Origin: Candidatus Nezhaarchaeota archaeon WYZ-LMO8
Lineage (GTDB): Archaea > Thermoproteota > Methanomethylicia > Nezhaarchaeales > WYZ-LMO8
DNA: 37,089 nucleotides
Direction of reading: 5' to 3'
Assembly (NCBI GenBank): GCA_004347965.1
Contig: QNVF01000009.1
Span: 1 to 37,089, forward strand
Position numbers and translations under genes: made by a program. Below, piece after piece: positions 1 through 10,029 of this stretch (its first letter is position 1; every line of letters begins with the position of its first letter). The notes below the pieces were generated by a model. The model was not told where the DNA came from. It was given only the letters and a program-made list of their open reading frames with translations, and did no database searches.

Positions 1-491
1 GAGTCTCTCAGGATCTTTCCTCTCTCAGCTAAACCAATACCAGCAGTGCTTATAACTATCCTGTCCACCTTACCTCTAGGCATAACTTTAAAGTCTCCAT
101 GTATCACTGCAGCTCCGACCTCCTCAACAGTTTCATTCATCGACTTTATGATTCTCTCTAAATCATCGAGGGAAAATCCCTCTTCAACTATTATGGAGTC
201 CATTATTGCTAAAGGTCTCGCACCCATGACCGCCAAATCATTTATGGTACCAGCTGCTGCAAGCCTTCCAATATCTCCTCCAGGAAAGAATATGGGGTCA
301 ACGGTATGACCATCCATCGTCAAGACCACCTCATAATCTCCAAGAGGTATCGTAGCTCCATCATCCATAGCATCCAGGCCAATTCCATCAAATACCCTCC
401 TTTGACTTATGTTATTTATGATGACGTTTTTGATGAGCTCGACCATTATGGTTCCGCCTGCACCATGTGCTAGCAGGACTTCTCTGCTCAC
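1..491 (-). CDS. hypE: Hydrogenase maturation protein HypE (3' part runs off the window)
   Basis: Not in the ORF track. Manual translation from GTG at 491 gives MSREVLLAHGAGGTIMVELIK...DDGA...TMDGHTVDPIFFPGGDIGRLAAAGTINDLAVMGARP...GDFKVMPRG, which carries the HypE motifs. G-rich SD-like run upstream. Confidence 0.92.
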   Translation of the reverse strand, partial: MSREVLLAHGAGGTIMVELIKNVIINNISQRRVFDGIGLDAMDDGATIPLGDYEVVLTMDGHTVDPIFFPGGDIGRLAAAGTINDLAVMGARPLAIMDSIIVEEGFSLDDLERIIKSMNETVEEVGAAVIHGDFKVMPRGKVDRIVISTAGIGLAERGKILRD

Positions 492-510
492 AAAGCCCCC
501 CTCATCTGCA

Positions 511-523
511 TAAAGCTTATAAC
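511..523 (+). promoter_or_regulatory. Putative BRE/TATA promoter for rps8e-srp19
   Basis: AAAG-CTTATAAC in the short divergent gap between hypE and rps8e. Confidence 0.45.
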
Positions 524-578
524 CCCTTGTTTTTGAATTTTCCTCACTATACTTCAACAGTATGGAGTGGTCGAGTTA

Positions 579-962
579 ATGCCTCAATACCATGGCAGGG
601 ACCTAAGAAAACCAACAGGGGGTAAGATAAGACCTCATAGGAAGAAGAGGAAGTACGAGATGGGAGAGGATCCCATTGAGACCTTGCCTGCAGAGCAGGA
701 AAGTAGAATCAAGAAGAGAGTGAGAGGGGGAAACATAAAGATAAGCCTTAAGTATGCTGCATACGCCAATGTTCTAGACCCTGAGACCAATAAGGTCTAC
801 AAGCTTAAGATACTAAGGGTTAAGGAGAACCCTGCAAGCGTCGACTATTCTCGTCGAGGTGTGATAACTAGGGGGGCAGTAATTGAAACAGAGAAGGGGC
901 TTGCGAAAGTTACTTCTAGACCCGGCCAGGACGGCGTTGTAAACGCTGTATTACTTAAGTAA
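579..962 (+). CDS. rps8e: 30S ribosomal protein S8e
   Basis: RKPTGGK...RKKRKYEMG, RVRGGN, ENPAS..YSRRGVITRGAVIET..G.AKVTSRPGQDGVVNAVL. ATG at 579 preferred over GTG at 567. Confidence 0.96.
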   Translation: MPQYHGRDLRKPTGGKIRPHRKKRKYEMGEDPIETLPAEQESRIKKRVRGGNIKISLKYAAYANVLDPETNKVYKLKILRVKENPASVDYSRRGVITRGAVIETEKGLAKVTSRPGQDGVVNAVLLK

Positions 963-972
963 ATGAGAGAAG

Positions 973-1284
973 GTGAAGACCATAATAGGTGATAGAAGCC
1001 GGATATTGATTTACCCTTGCTACTTAGATATCAACAAAAGCGAGTCTCTTGGAAGAAAGGTCCCTAAGAAGTATGCAGTGCCATCACCAAAAATCGAGGA
1101 GATATTTAGAGCAGCTCAACAATTAAATCTAGACCCCATGATCGAAGAAAAGCCGCATTCTTCTTGGTGGTGGGAAGAAGCATCAAGAGTATCTGTTAGG
1201 AAAGTGGCATCAAAGAGAAGCATTCTTATAATGATAGCCCGGAAGATTATGGAAGAGAGAAGAATTAAGGTGGGGGAGAAATAG
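973..1284 (+). CDS. srp19: Signal recognition particle protein SRP19
   Basis: IYPCYLD..KSESLGRKVPKKYAVPSP...EI..AA..L.L motif; position after rps8e is typical. Confidence 0.9.
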   Translation: MKTIIGDRSRILIYPCYLDINKSESLGRKVPKKYAVPSPKIEEIFRAAQQLNLDPMIEEKPHSSWWWEEASRVSVRKVASKRSILIMIARKIMEERRIKVGEK

Positions 1285-1346
1285 GACTTTTGCACCTCTT
1301 ACGAGACCTTTTAAACCTAAATTAAGGAGCCCACATAGTTTCCTCA

Positions 1347-1361
1347 AGAAACCTTTATATT
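1347..1361 (+). promoter_or_regulatory. BRE/TATA promoter of a probably leaderless gar1-tfb transcript
   Basis: AGAAACC-TTTATATT about 27 nt upstream of the ATG at 1388; no SD before that ATG. Confidence 0.55.
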
Positions 1362-1387
1362 GAATTATTAAGAATATTCTCCCCGTC

Positions 1388-1657
1388 ATGAAGGAGACAA
1401 TAACTCTCCTAGGATCCGTACTTCACAAGTCAAAGAGCAATAAACTTGTGGTTAAAAGTTCTTCTAAGATCATCCCTAAGATAGGTGACCTAGTTTACGA
1501 CGACAAGGGCAGGATTGTAGGCTCAATATACGATGTGATAGGACTCGAGTCATCACCCTACATACTAATCAAGCCACTAAGTGAAGTAAGCCCGGATGAC
1601 TTAGAGCAAGTTAAAAAAGTTTATGTGATGTCTTCTTTCAAAGGTATTAGGAGATGA
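1388..1657 (+). CDS. gar1: H/ACA RNP protein Gar1
   Basis: LGSVLH...PKIGDLVYD..GRIVGSIYDVIG..SSPYILIKP; directly upstream of tfb as usual in archaea. Confidence 0.85.
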   Translation: MKETITLLGSVLHKSKSNKLVVKSSSKIIPKIGDLVYDDKGRIVGSIYDVIGLESSPYILIKPLSEVSPDDLEQVKKVYVMSSFKGIRR

Positions 1658-1661
1658 GGAG

Positions 1662-2591
1662 ATGAAGGATCAACTGATCGATGAATCCGAGTTTAAATGT
1701 CCTGAGTGTGGAAGCACAGAGTTTTTCAGGGACTACAATCGTGCTGAAATGGCTTGTGCTAAGTGCGGGCTTGTAATAAGTGAACGTCTCATGGATTTAG
1801 GTCCTGAGTGGAGAGCTTTTGATTCTGAGCAGCAGGATAAGAGAGCTAGAGCAGGAGCTCCGTTAACACTCACGATTCACGATAAGGGGCTTTCAACAGT
1901 CATAAATTGGCATGGTAACGATAAGGCTTCAAGAAATATTAGTCCAGCTAAGAGAATGCAAATATATAAGTTAAAGAAGTGGCAGCAAAGATCAAGAGTT
2001 TCAAATACCTTCGAAAGGAACTTAACCTATGCTCTATCAGAGTTAGACAGGATAGCGTCTCAATTAGGCCTTCCAAGAAATGTGAGGGAGACTGCAGCAA
2101 TCCTCTATAGAAGAATGATTGAGGCTAGGATGATAAGGGGGAGGTCCATCGAGAGCATGGTTGCTGCTGTTATCTATGCTGCGTGTAGACAGAGTAAGAT
2201 CCCAAGAACACTTGACGAAATATCTCAGGCTTCTAACGTAAAGAAGCGGGAAGTGGGGAAAAGCTATAGACTCCTCTTGAGAACTCTCTTAGCAAAGATC
2301 ACGCCTATGGTATCGATAAACTTCATACCCCGTCTCGTTAACAAACTGAACCTTTCACATGATGTTCAAAGACTTGCCATAACCATTTTGGAGAAAGCGA
2401 GAAACATGGGCCTAACTTCTGGTAGGGGCCCTATGAGCATCGCTGCAGCATCCATCTACATAGCTTGTGTACTTCAACAAGTTAAATGCACTCAAAGGGA
2501 TATAGCCTCCTCGGCTAACGTGACTGAGGTCACAATACGTAATAGATACCAAGAACTTATGCGAAAGCTTGAATTTATAGTAACAATATAA
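1662..2591 (+). CDS. tfb: Transcription initiation factor IIB (TFB)
   Basis: Zn ribbon CPECG...CAKCG, B-reader GPEWRAF, two cyclin repeats (RGRSIES, GRGP...AAASIY, TEVTIRNRY). Confidence 0.97.
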   Translation: MKDQLIDESEFKCPECGSTEFFRDYNRAEMACAKCGLVISERLMDLGPEWRAFDSEQQDKRARAGAPLTLTIHDKGLSTVINWHGNDKASRNISPAKRMQIYKLKKWQQRSRVSNTFERNLTYALSELDRIASQLGLPRNVRETAAILYRRMIEARMIRGRSIESMVAAVIYAACRQSKIPRTLDEISQASNVKKREVGKSYRLLLRTLLAKITPMVSINFIPRLVNKLNLSHDVQRLAITILEKARNMGLTSGRGPMSIAAASIYIACVLQQVKCTQRDIASSANVTEVTIRNRYQELMRKLEFIVTI

Positions 2592-2599
2592 CTCCTACT

Positions 2600-2962
2600 G
2601 TGAAGCAAGGTAAGAAGACGAGCGAGGACCTTTATGAAAAGGCTCTTGAGATAATAAGGAATGCGGGTCCTCAAGGAATTCTGCAGCGAGATCTATGGAA
2701 GGCTCTAAAAGTTAGTAGCCGTGAAGGCTCACGCATAGCTTCGACGTTAGAAAAAAGAAGCTTAATCATAAGGGAGCGCGTCCTTCAAGGGCGTTTCAAG
2801 ACCTTTAAGTTGATAGCTGTCTCCAACAATCTTAAAACAAGCTTAGAGGCGATAGGTGGCTGCCCCTGCTTTTCATGCACAAACTTGCTACGTTGTGGTA
2901 GTGGACAACAAATAAGCCCTGAGAACTGTGAGGACTTAACGGAGTGGTTATTGAAATCGTGA
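2600..2962 (+). CDS. Winged-helix + Cys4 cluster protein, TFE beta / RPC34(RPC39)-like
   Basis: N-terminal wHTH (GILQRDLWKAL..SSREGSRIASTLEKRSLIIRE) and C-terminal PCFSC-x5-C-x10-C..L.EWL typical of the [4Fe-4S] domain of TFE-beta. Confidence 0.75.
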   Translation: MKQGKKTSEDLYEKALEIIRNAGPQGILQRDLWKALKVSSREGSRIASTLEKRSLIIRERVLQGRFKTFKLIAVSNNLKTSLEAIGGCPCFSCTNLLRCGSGQQISPENCEDLTEWLLKS

Positions 2963-2976
2963 GTTATTGATGAACC

Positions 2977-3612
2977 ATGTCGAGACGATGGCGAGCTGAG
3001 AGGTCAAAAGACCATTTTCACAAGATGGCAAAGAAATTGGGTTTCAGATCTCGTGCAGCCTTTAAACTCTTGGAAATCAATAAAAAGTTCGGTATTTTAA
3101 AGAGGGGTTACGTGGTTCTAGATGTGGGAGCCTATCCTGGAGGATGGCTGCAAGTAGCATCCAAAATAGTTGGTTCTACAGGCTTAGTTATAGGCATAGA
3201 TTTAAGACCTATAAGCAAGATGAGTGCACCCAACGTTAAGACCGTAATTGGTGATGTATGTGATGAGAGCCTTCATGATAAACTTGCAAGCATGATATCT
3301 CGTAAGATTGATGTGATATTATCTGATGCAGCACCTAAACTAACAGGAGTATGGTCGACAGATATAGCTCGACACTCTCACATAATTTACTGTATCCTCA
3401 AACTTGCTAACAAACTACTCAGGAAGGGAGGTACAGCCGTAATAAAGGCTTTTCAAGGAGAAGAATTAAACGAACTACTAATGGATATACGAAGTCTCTT
3501 TGGTGATGTACGTCTCTTTAAACCTAAGGCTTCACGACAGAGGAGTAGGGAAGTTTACTTAATATGTACTAGCTTCCATGGAGGTAACGATATAAATAGA
3601 GATGCTGCATAG
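2977..3612 (+). CDS. rlmE: 23S rRNA 2'-O-methyltransferase RlmE/FtsJ
   Basis: GFRSRAAFKL, VLDVGAYPGGWLQ, SDAAP, K.FQG, KPKASR..SREVY. Confidence 0.95.
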   Translation: MSRRWRAERSKDHFHKMAKKLGFRSRAAFKLLEINKKFGILKRGYVVLDVGAYPGGWLQVASKIVGSTGLVIGIDLRPISKMSAPNVKTVIGDVCDESLHDKLASMISRKIDVILSDAAPKLTGVWSTDIARHSHIIYCILKLANKLLRKGGTAVIKAFQGEELNELLMDIRSLFGDVRLFKPKASRQRSREVYLICTSFHGGNDINRDAA

Positions 3613-3627
3613 AATGGATTACTGACC

Positions 3628-4812
3628 ATGTACATAAAGGTACCTCTTAAACTATTCTATGAAGGCAAGGTTAAGCTGCTATTACCCGATGACGAACTAC
3701 TAGGAGAGGAAGAAGCTAGAAGAATAGTCTTCTACAACCCCGTCATGTCCTTCTCCCGTGACTTCTCCATATGCATATTAAAGGCCTATGCAAAGTTGAA
3801 GGGGAAGAGGTATCTACGAATAGCTGAGCCATTGACTGCTAGTGGTGTTAGAGGTATTAGATATGCTAAGGAAGTTGAAGAAGTAGGTGAAGTGATAATC
3901 TCAGATGTTAACCCAATAGCCGTAAGGTTAGCGAGAATTAACGTCGTGTTGAACCAAGTACATGAGAAGATCGTTGTGAAGTTGTTCGATGCAAATACAT
4001 TGCTGTCTAGATATGGTGCTAGAGGTAAGAGGTTCGACTTCGTAGATATAGACCCCTTTGGCTCTCCATCTCCTTACGTAGATTCCGCTATAAGATCAAC
4101 TTCGATAGGAGGTGTTATAGCCTTAACGGCCACGGACATGCCTCCTCTTTGCGGTGTTTATCCTCACGTTGCTCTAAGACGTTATGGAGGTTTATCGTTA
4201 AGAACTGAGTACTGCCATGAACTCGCAGTAAGACTGGTACTAGGTCTTCTAGCTAGAGAAGCTGGTAAATACGAGCTCTCCATAAAACCTTTGATTGCTC
4301 ATAGCACGAGGCACTATATAAGGGTCTTCGTTGAGCTGTCCTCCTCGAAGAACGCCGCAACAAACATGGGCTACATATATCATTGTCACAAATGCTTGAA
4401 TAGACTTGTTGTTAGGTTTAAGGATTTATCTTCCACGAGAACTGAATGTGAAAGGTGTCATACGCAAATGGATGTTGCAGGTCCTCTATGGATAAGCTCA
4501 ATATTTGATAAGGCCTTCTGCGAAGAGACCCTCAAGATAGCTGAATCCTCAAATATGTCAAGCAAGAAGGAGCTTAGTAAGATTTTGAGATTGATAGTGA
4601 GTGAGGCTGATGGCCCTCCAACCTTCTATACGATCGATGCTATTTCTCATAAGTACAAGTTGAAGCAGCCCAAGATACAGCGCTTGATTGAGACTCTTCG
4701 CTCTCACGGCTTTTATGCTTCTCCAACACACTTTAACTTTAAAGGATTTAGATTCAATGGCGATATTGCTGAGCTAATCAAGATACTAGCTTGGCATGCT
4801 CGTCTTAACTAG
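3628..4812 (+). CDS. trm1: tRNA (guanine26-N2)-dimethyltransferase Trm1
   Basis: VFYNPVMSFSRD, ASGVRGIRYA, DIDPFGSP, TATD, HELAVR, HYIRVF, Zn-finger cysteines, GPLW. Confidence 0.95.
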   Translation: MYIKVPLKLFYEGKVKLLLPDDELLGEEEARRIVFYNPVMSFSRDFSICILKAYAKLKGKRYLRIAEPLTASGVRGIRYAKEVEEVGEVIISDVNPIAVRLARINVVLNQVHEKIVVKLFDANTLLSRYGARGKRFDFVDIDPFGSPSPYVDSAIRSTSIGGVIALTATDMPPLCGVYPHVALRRYGGLSLRTEYCHELAVRLVLGLLAREAGKYELSIKPLIAHSTRHYIRVFVELSSSKNAATNMGYIYHCHKCLNRLVVRFKDLSSTRTECERCHTQMDVAGPLWISSIFDKAFCEETLKIAESSNMSSKKELSKILRLIVSEADGPPTFYTIDAISHKYKLKQPKIQRLIETLRSHGFYASPTHFNFKGFRFNGDIAELIKILAWHARLN

Positions 4813-5775
4813 CTCATCAGGGTTAGTTATGCCTTCAAGATCTTGAGCGCTTATGATCCCTTCTTCGTGAAGGACTTTTCGTGTCACAATAAGACCTCCC
4901 ACCTTGGCAACCTCAGCCACATCCCTCAATACCTCTATCTCCTCTCTAAATCTATTACTAAGAGTCTCAATAGTCAAGATCAGTATGACTTTGCCCCTTT
5001 CACCATTCTTCTTAGCTATGAGATTGAAGGGAGCATCCTTAAATCTAAAAATGGAGAACCCAAGTCTCAATAGCTTTGAGGCCACCTCTTCTTGCAACCT
5101 CCACCTCCTACTTCTACTGATTATTGGCCTTCTCTCGCTTTCCTTAACTTCAGCTACCATGACGTCGCTTAAGATATCCACAGGTTTAAAAACCTTTAAT
5201 GCCTCTTCTTCACCCACGTACATGCTAAGGACTTCATAGAGCTTTGAGGCAACATCGATCGTCGCGTCTATCTCATCTTTCTCGTATTCGTAAATAGCTT
5301 TTCTTGAAACCCCTACAAGGTTAGCTAGATCTCCCAACGATAAGCCTATCTTTTCACGTTTTTCCCTCAACTTCTTACCATCAATCCTTACATACAATCT
5401 TCCACCTTTGTAGTAAACATAGTGTTTTTTCCCTTCAAAGTGTTCTCTGAGAGCATCAGGATGAACTATGTAAACTCCTTGTTTCTCATAAACTACCTCT
5501 CTATCTATATCGTGAGCCCCCTCTTTTTCTCCAACAATAAGTGGGGTAGCCCTTAAGGCATAACCCGCCCTCTTAATCTCCAAAGTACAACAACCTTTTA
5601 ATTCGTTGACGTCATTGAGGGCCTTAATCAAAACCAATGAGTCTCCACTCCTAGCAACAATGTTTATGGAGCTTCTCTCATTTGCATAAGGCTTTGAGGT
5701 TTCAAACCCACTTTCATGCAGTGCCTCAATAGTTTTAGCTAGGACTCTCTCTATGGGCACAGAGTTGCCCCTCAT
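4786..5775 (-). CDS. Archaeal XRE-type HTH transcriptional regulator (COG1395-like)
   Basis: Central HTH LREKREKIGLSLGDLANLVGVSRKAIYEYE preceded by GRLYVRIDG, flanked by two nuclease-like-fold domains (INIVAR, APFNLIAK). Confidence 0.8.
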   Translation of the reverse strand: MRGNSVPIERVLAKTIEALHESGFETSKPYANERSSINIVARSGDSLVLIKALNDVNELKGCCTLEIKRAGYALRATPLIVGEKEGAHDIDREVVYEKQGVYIVHPDALREHFEGKKHYVYYKGGRLYVRIDGKKLREKREKIGLSLGDLANLVGVSRKAIYEYEKDEIDATIDVASKLYEVLSMYVGEEEALKVFKPVDILSDVMVAEVKESERRPIISRSRRWRLQEEVASKLLRLGFSIFRFKDAPFNLIAKKNGERGKVILILTIETLSNRFREEIEVLRDVAEVAKVGGLIVTRKVLHEEGIISAQDLEGITNPDELVKTSMPS

Positions 5776-6236
5776 TCCATACTGGGGACAAAACCTATAA
5801 CAGTTGTGGTTCTCAATCTACTACGCAAAATAGCTACGTAAGGTTTGTATAGAAAAGCTTTACCGTCATGGCGGTACACTGCCTCTTGGCCTAGAACTTT
5901 ATCTATAACTTGAACCTCTAAGTCCCCTCCACATATCATGTAAACACCTTCTCCCATCTCTATCATGCGTAGTATAATGATAGGTAACCTCAACTTGCCG
6001 TGATGTTGAGCTGGTAATATGTTAGCTATCATTTCAAGCTCTCTCTTATCCATTATAAGTTCGTCACCGGATTTTGTTAAAACCTTTGGTTCATCCATCT
6101 CTAACAGTTCTTTCAAAGTTTTGCTATCTCTAGGTAAATGATCATTTATCTTCTCAATCTCTTTTGCTAATATTCTGCTTACTCTATCTATAAAGTCTCT
6201 CTTAAGGTCTCTCATATCAGTTAACAACGTGTTCAC
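5772..6236 (-). CDS. DUF61/UPF0216-family protein
   Basis: INDHLP...KTLKELL...P.V..K.G, LRLPIII, C-terminal LRTTTVIGF. Confidence 0.75.
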   Translation of the reverse strand: MNTLLTDMRDLKRDFIDRVSRILAKEIEKINDHLPRDSKTLKELLEMDEPKVLTKSGDELIMDKRELEMIANILPAQHHGKLRLPIIILRMIEMGEGVYMICGGDLEVQVIDKVLGQEAVYRHDGKAFLYKPYVAILRSRLRTTTVIGFVPSME

Positions 6237-6922
6237 GTCCTACGTGCCAGTATCATTGCATGATCAACGTCGTAAGGCTCTAAGTGCACTACATGGACTA
6301 TTTCAAACCCTCCATCCCTTAAAGTCTCCATCTCCCTCTTGTAAACCTCTGAGGGCTCTTTAGTGACATCAATGCTTCTAGCCTTTATCGCTAGGAAAGC
6401 CCAACCACCTTTTTTGAGGTAAAAATCAGCATTGTCCACAAGAATCTTGCCTTGATAAGGTTGTGCAACGTCTTGGTATATGACATCTACCTCCTCCACT
6501 AGATGAGCATACTCAGCTGGTAAGCGTGCATCTGCTAGTATAGGTATGACATTTCTTCGGTGCTTAGCTACTCTCTCAAGGAACTCTCTCATAACCCTAG
6601 GGGAGAACTCTACACCATACACGCGCCCCTCAATACCGATTATATCAGAAACGTGGGAACATGTAGTTCCTGATGCTACTCCTAAATATAGAACCTTAAC
6701 GCCCTCGTTTAGAGGAGAAGTCTTTAGTCCCTTCATGAATGCTGCTGCAAGCTTAGATCTATAAGCATCCCATAGCCTAAGCTCCACAATTCCATGCTGG
6801 ATAAGGGTCTCGCCATAAACTTTGATTCCAGGAGCTAGATTGCGAGTTGCTAATCTTATACTACCATCATCCATCTCGACAACGTACACTCCACTTATAC
6901 TTTCGTGAGCTCTCACCTTCAC
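6233..6922 (-). CDS. flpA: Fibrillarin-like rRNA/tRNA 2'-O-methyltransferase
   Basis: LATRNLAPG..VYGE, RSKLAAA, VLYLGVASGTT.SHVSD, DVAQP, IKARSIDVT, LEPY..DH. Confidence 0.97.
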   Translation of the reverse strand: MKVRAHESISGVYVVEMDDGSIRLATRNLAPGIKVYGETLIQHGIVELRLWDAYRSKLAAAFMKGLKTSPLNEGVKVLYLGVASGTTCSHVSDIIGIEGRVYGVEFSPRVMREFLERVAKHRRNVIPILADARLPAEYAHLVEEVDVIYQDVAQPYQGKILVDNADFYLKKGGWAFLAIKARSIDVTKEPSEVYKREMETLRDGGFEIVHVVHLEPYDVDHAMILARRT

Positions 6923-8133
6923 TTGCTCTTCCCCTCCTTCTTAGCTTTCTTTGGAACTTTCTTCTCTATGGTCTTCTTAGGTGGAGTCTTGTAAGCCTCC
7001 TTTATCTCTTTTATCCTATTCTTCAAGTCTTCCTTTAATTCGTCAGCCACATACTCTCCAGTAAAGAAGTCAACTCGAGCAGCTATTGCTATCTTTCCAG
7101 CCAATGCTCTAGCTATTTTACCCCTCTGCCACTTAGGTGATTTGTGTATTTCGGGGTACTGGAATATCACGCCATGCTTGGGAGGTTTACTTCCACTTCT
7201 TAGCGCTCTGAAGAGGGCTTTCTCAGCACCTAGCAATTGAATGGTGCTTGCAGGTAGTTTTGCTAATCTTTCTAATCCACCAGCAAGAGCTATGAGCCTA
7301 GCTCCCAAGACTGGACCGACTAGCTCCTTTAAGTTGGGGGCAACTTCGCCCATGACTTCATCTACGTATCTTCGTAGCCTCTCATTTACTTCGTAAAGTT
7401 TGAGGACTATGGAGGCAACGTCTCTTACAGCATCTACGTCTTTTTGTAGGATGTTGGCTCCAAGAGAGGTACCAGCCTCTAGGATCTTGGACATCTTGTC
7501 TCTTAGAGGGCCAAGCTTCTCTAAAACTTCCTTCTTCTTTATGCCATCTCTATGTCCTATGAGGATTAATGCCTTCACGAAATCTTCATGGTCTTTAATG
7601 GTGTTGCCAAGCTCAGGAAAGTGTACTCCATACCACTCTCTCAGCCTTGAAGCTAGTATGTTGAGCACCTTCTCGATTTCATCTATACAAGAGACTGCTT
7701 GAGCTACAAGCAGATCTCTTTTCTCAACAGCTTCAACTATTCTTCTAGCACTTAGATTGAAGGCTACTCTATGGAGAATTTTCAAAACTTTATCTTCACT
7801 TTCATCGTAACCAATCTTCACCGCAAGCTTAAACAATCGAGATCTTATAGATTTAGCCACCTTATTCGGAGCCTCTATTTTCACATTTTGAAAACCTGAA
7901 TTAACAAGAGCTTGTGCAACCTTAGGATCTTCGACTACAAGTTCATCAATGCCAAGCTTTTGAGCTTTCTCACATAACTCCTTGACTTCATCGATACCCT
8001 CCCCTTTACTTAGTAGGTAAAGTTTGTTCACCTGTTCTTCGTAGTCCTTCGGGAACAAGGCCTTTTCGAGCACCTCTCCTTCATCATTGCACAGTAGTAA
8101 GCCCATGAAGCTGCCTACAACGTAGCCCTTCAT
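6919..8133 (-). CDS. nop5: C/D box RNP protein Nop5 (Nop56/58)
   Basis: RLREWYGVHFPEL, APNL..LVGPVLGARLI, PASTIQLLGAEKALF, PPKHGVIFQ, RGKIARALA, Lys-rich tail. Confidence 0.97.
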   Translation of the reverse strand: MKGYVVGSFMGLLLCNDEGEVLEKALFPKDYEEQVNKLYLLSKGEGIDEVKELCEKAQKLGIDELVVEDPKVAQALVNSGFQNVKIEAPNKVAKSIRSRLFKLAVKIGYDESEDKVLKILHRVAFNLSARRIVEAVEKRDLLVAQAVSCIDEIEKVLNILASRLREWYGVHFPELGNTIKDHEDFVKALILIGHRDGIKKKEVLEKLGPLRDKMSKILEAGTSLGANILQKDVDAVRDVASIVLKLYEVNERLRRYVDEVMGEVAPNLKELVGPVLGARLIALAGGLERLAKLPASTIQLLGAEKALFRALRSGSKPPKHGVIFQYPEIHKSPKWQRGKIARALAGKIAIAARVDFFTGEYVADELKEDLKNRIKEIKEAYKTPPKKTIEKKVPKKAKKEGKSK

Positions 8134-8209
8134 ATCTTCTTCCTCTCTCTTTCCGACTTTAGTTAAATGGTTACCATGATAATATATAACTGTTTTCTAT
8201 TAAATTAAG

Positions 8210-9124
8210 GTGGTAATTGTGAGCCTGGAAGTAACAATAGCTTCACTTACTCTTCGGCATCCAATAATGTTGGCATCAGGGATACTGGGGACATCACCAT
8301 TCATGCTTATTAAAGCGTATAAAGCTGGAGCCTCGGCTGTAGTTACGAAGTCTCTCACTATAAATCCGAGAAATGGGTATCCGAACCCAGTAATAGTTGA
8401 GCTTCGCTTCGGCTTATTGAATGCAATAGGCCTTGCTAACCCTGGCGTGGAGAACTACCTTGCTGAGTGCCTTGAGATTAAAAACATGTTGACACGAATT
8501 CCCATAGTGTTTAGTATTGCGGGAACTAAAGTGGAGGAGTACGTGAGAGCAGCTCAACTAATATCTGAGACGAATTTGGGTAAAGCCTTAGAGCTAAACT
8601 TATCTTGTCCTCACGTTCAAGAAACAAGGTTCTTCACTGAAGACCCTAAACTAGCTGCTCAAGCAGTTAGATCTGTCTGTGACGTCACGTCACTGCCAGT
8701 ATTTGTGAAGTTGGGTTTATCCACAAATTTAATGGACGTCGCTGAAGCTGTTGTGAAGCACGGGGCATCAGCCATCACGGCCATAAATTCTATAAAAGCA
8801 ATGGTAATAGACATAAATGCCAAGAGACCTATACTTTCATCGATTTATGGAGGTCTCTCAGGACCAGCAATTAAGCCCATAGCTTTGAGAGTGATATATG
8901 AACTCTACGAGAACTTTAGCATACCCCTAATAGGGGTTGGCGGGATAACTAAGTGGCAGGACGTCGTAGAGTTCCTAGTGGCTGGAGCAACAGCAGTTCA
9001 AGTTGGCACTGCGATTTACAAGCGAGGCTTTAAAGTATTTAAAGAACTTGTAATAGGCTTGCAAAAATACATGGAGAATGAGGGCATTAAAGACGTTAGA
9101 GATTTGGTGGGGCTAGCTCACTGA
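8210..9124 (+). CDS. pyrD: Dihydroorotate dehydrogenase, catalytic subunit (class 1B)
   Basis: MLASG, VTKS, NAIGLANPG, ELNLSCPH, INS, GGLSGPAIKP, GVGGI, GATAVQVGTA. Confidence 0.96.
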   Translation: MVIVSLEVTIASLTLRHPIMLASGILGTSPFMLIKAYKAGASAVVTKSLTINPRNGYPNPVIVELRFGLLNAIGLANPGVENYLAECLEIKNMLTRIPIVFSIAGTKVEEYVRAAQLISETNLGKALELNLSCPHVQETRFFTEDPKLAAQAVRSVCDVTSLPVFVKLGLSTNLMDVAEAVVKHGASAITAINSIKAMVIDINAKRPILSSIYGGLSGPAIKPIALRVIYELYENFSIPLIGVGGITKWQDVVEFLVAGATAVQVGTAIYKRGFKVFKELVIGLQKYMENEGIKDVRDLVGLAH

Positions 9125-9125
9125 G

Positions 9126-9968
9126 GTGGTGGCTAGGTACTACGTTAAAGGCATCATAACAAGCAAGAAAAGGGAATCAGAAAACGTATTTTCTCACACT
9201 ATATATTTCGAAGATAGCAAGATGCTACGGAAACTAAAGCCTGGACGTTTCGTAATGGTGTGGCTTCCTGGATGTGATGAATTTCCTCTCTCCCCATCAT
9301 TTTACGACCACGTATCTTCAACTATGAGGCTTACATTTAGAATTGTGGGGCTAGGAACTAAGACATTAGCATCACTAAATCCTGGTCAAGCAATCTTTGT
9401 CAGGGGTCCTTACGGCAATGGCTTCATAATGCCACCCATTACTAAATCATCAAGCGAAAAATCAATTCTTGTAGTTGGTGGAGGTGTAGGAATTGCACCA
9501 CTAGTACCTTTAATCAGAGCTCTAACGAGTACCTCCCTGAATTTACATGTCATCTGCGGCTTTAAGAGCGCTATCGACACCTTCTTCGTTGATGAAATAT
9601 CTAAGTTTATAGGAGAAAATTTAACGGTGACAACGGATGATGGAAGCATGGGCATTAGAGGAACAGCTATTGACGCTGTCGAGGAACTTCTCAAGCAGAA
9701 GAACTTCTTTTACGCATTTGCTTGTGGTCCTGAACCAATGCTCTTCAAGCTCCATAAAATGCTATTGAATAAGGAAGTACCTCACCAAATGCTTCTCGAA
9801 AGATACGTAAAGTGTGCTTTAGGTGTTTGTGGCTCATGCACCATAGATGGTTTACGGTTATGCAAGGAAGGACCAGTCTTCAACGACACCATACTAAGAA
9901 GGTTGAGCGAATTTGGTCGCTTTAAACGTCTAGCATCTGGCATTAGGGAACTCATAATTGATAGCTAA
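9126..9968 (+). CDS. pyrK: Dihydroorotate dehydrogenase electron-transfer subunit
   Basis: RGPYGNGF, GGGVGIAP, TDDGS.G, CGPEPM, 2Fe-2S motif CALGVCGSC...CKEGPVF. Confidence 0.94.
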   Translation: MVARYYVKGIITSKKRESENVFSHTIYFEDSKMLRKLKPGRFVMVWLPGCDEFPLSPSFYDHVSSTMRLTFRIVGLGTKTLASLNPGQAIFVRGPYGNGFIMPPITKSSSEKSILVVGGGVGIAPLVPLIRALTSTSLNLHVICGFKSAIDTFFVDEISKFIGENLTVTTDDGSMGIRGTAIDAVEELLKQKNFFYAFACGPEPMLFKLHKMLLNKEVPHQMLLERYVKCALGVCGSCTIDGLRLCKEGPVFNDTILRRLSEFGRFKRLASGIRELIIDS

Positions 9969-10029
9969 AACCAGCACATTTATATTGGAGGCTTTTCTAG
10001 TAATGATGAAGAAGAGCCGGTGGTAGACT

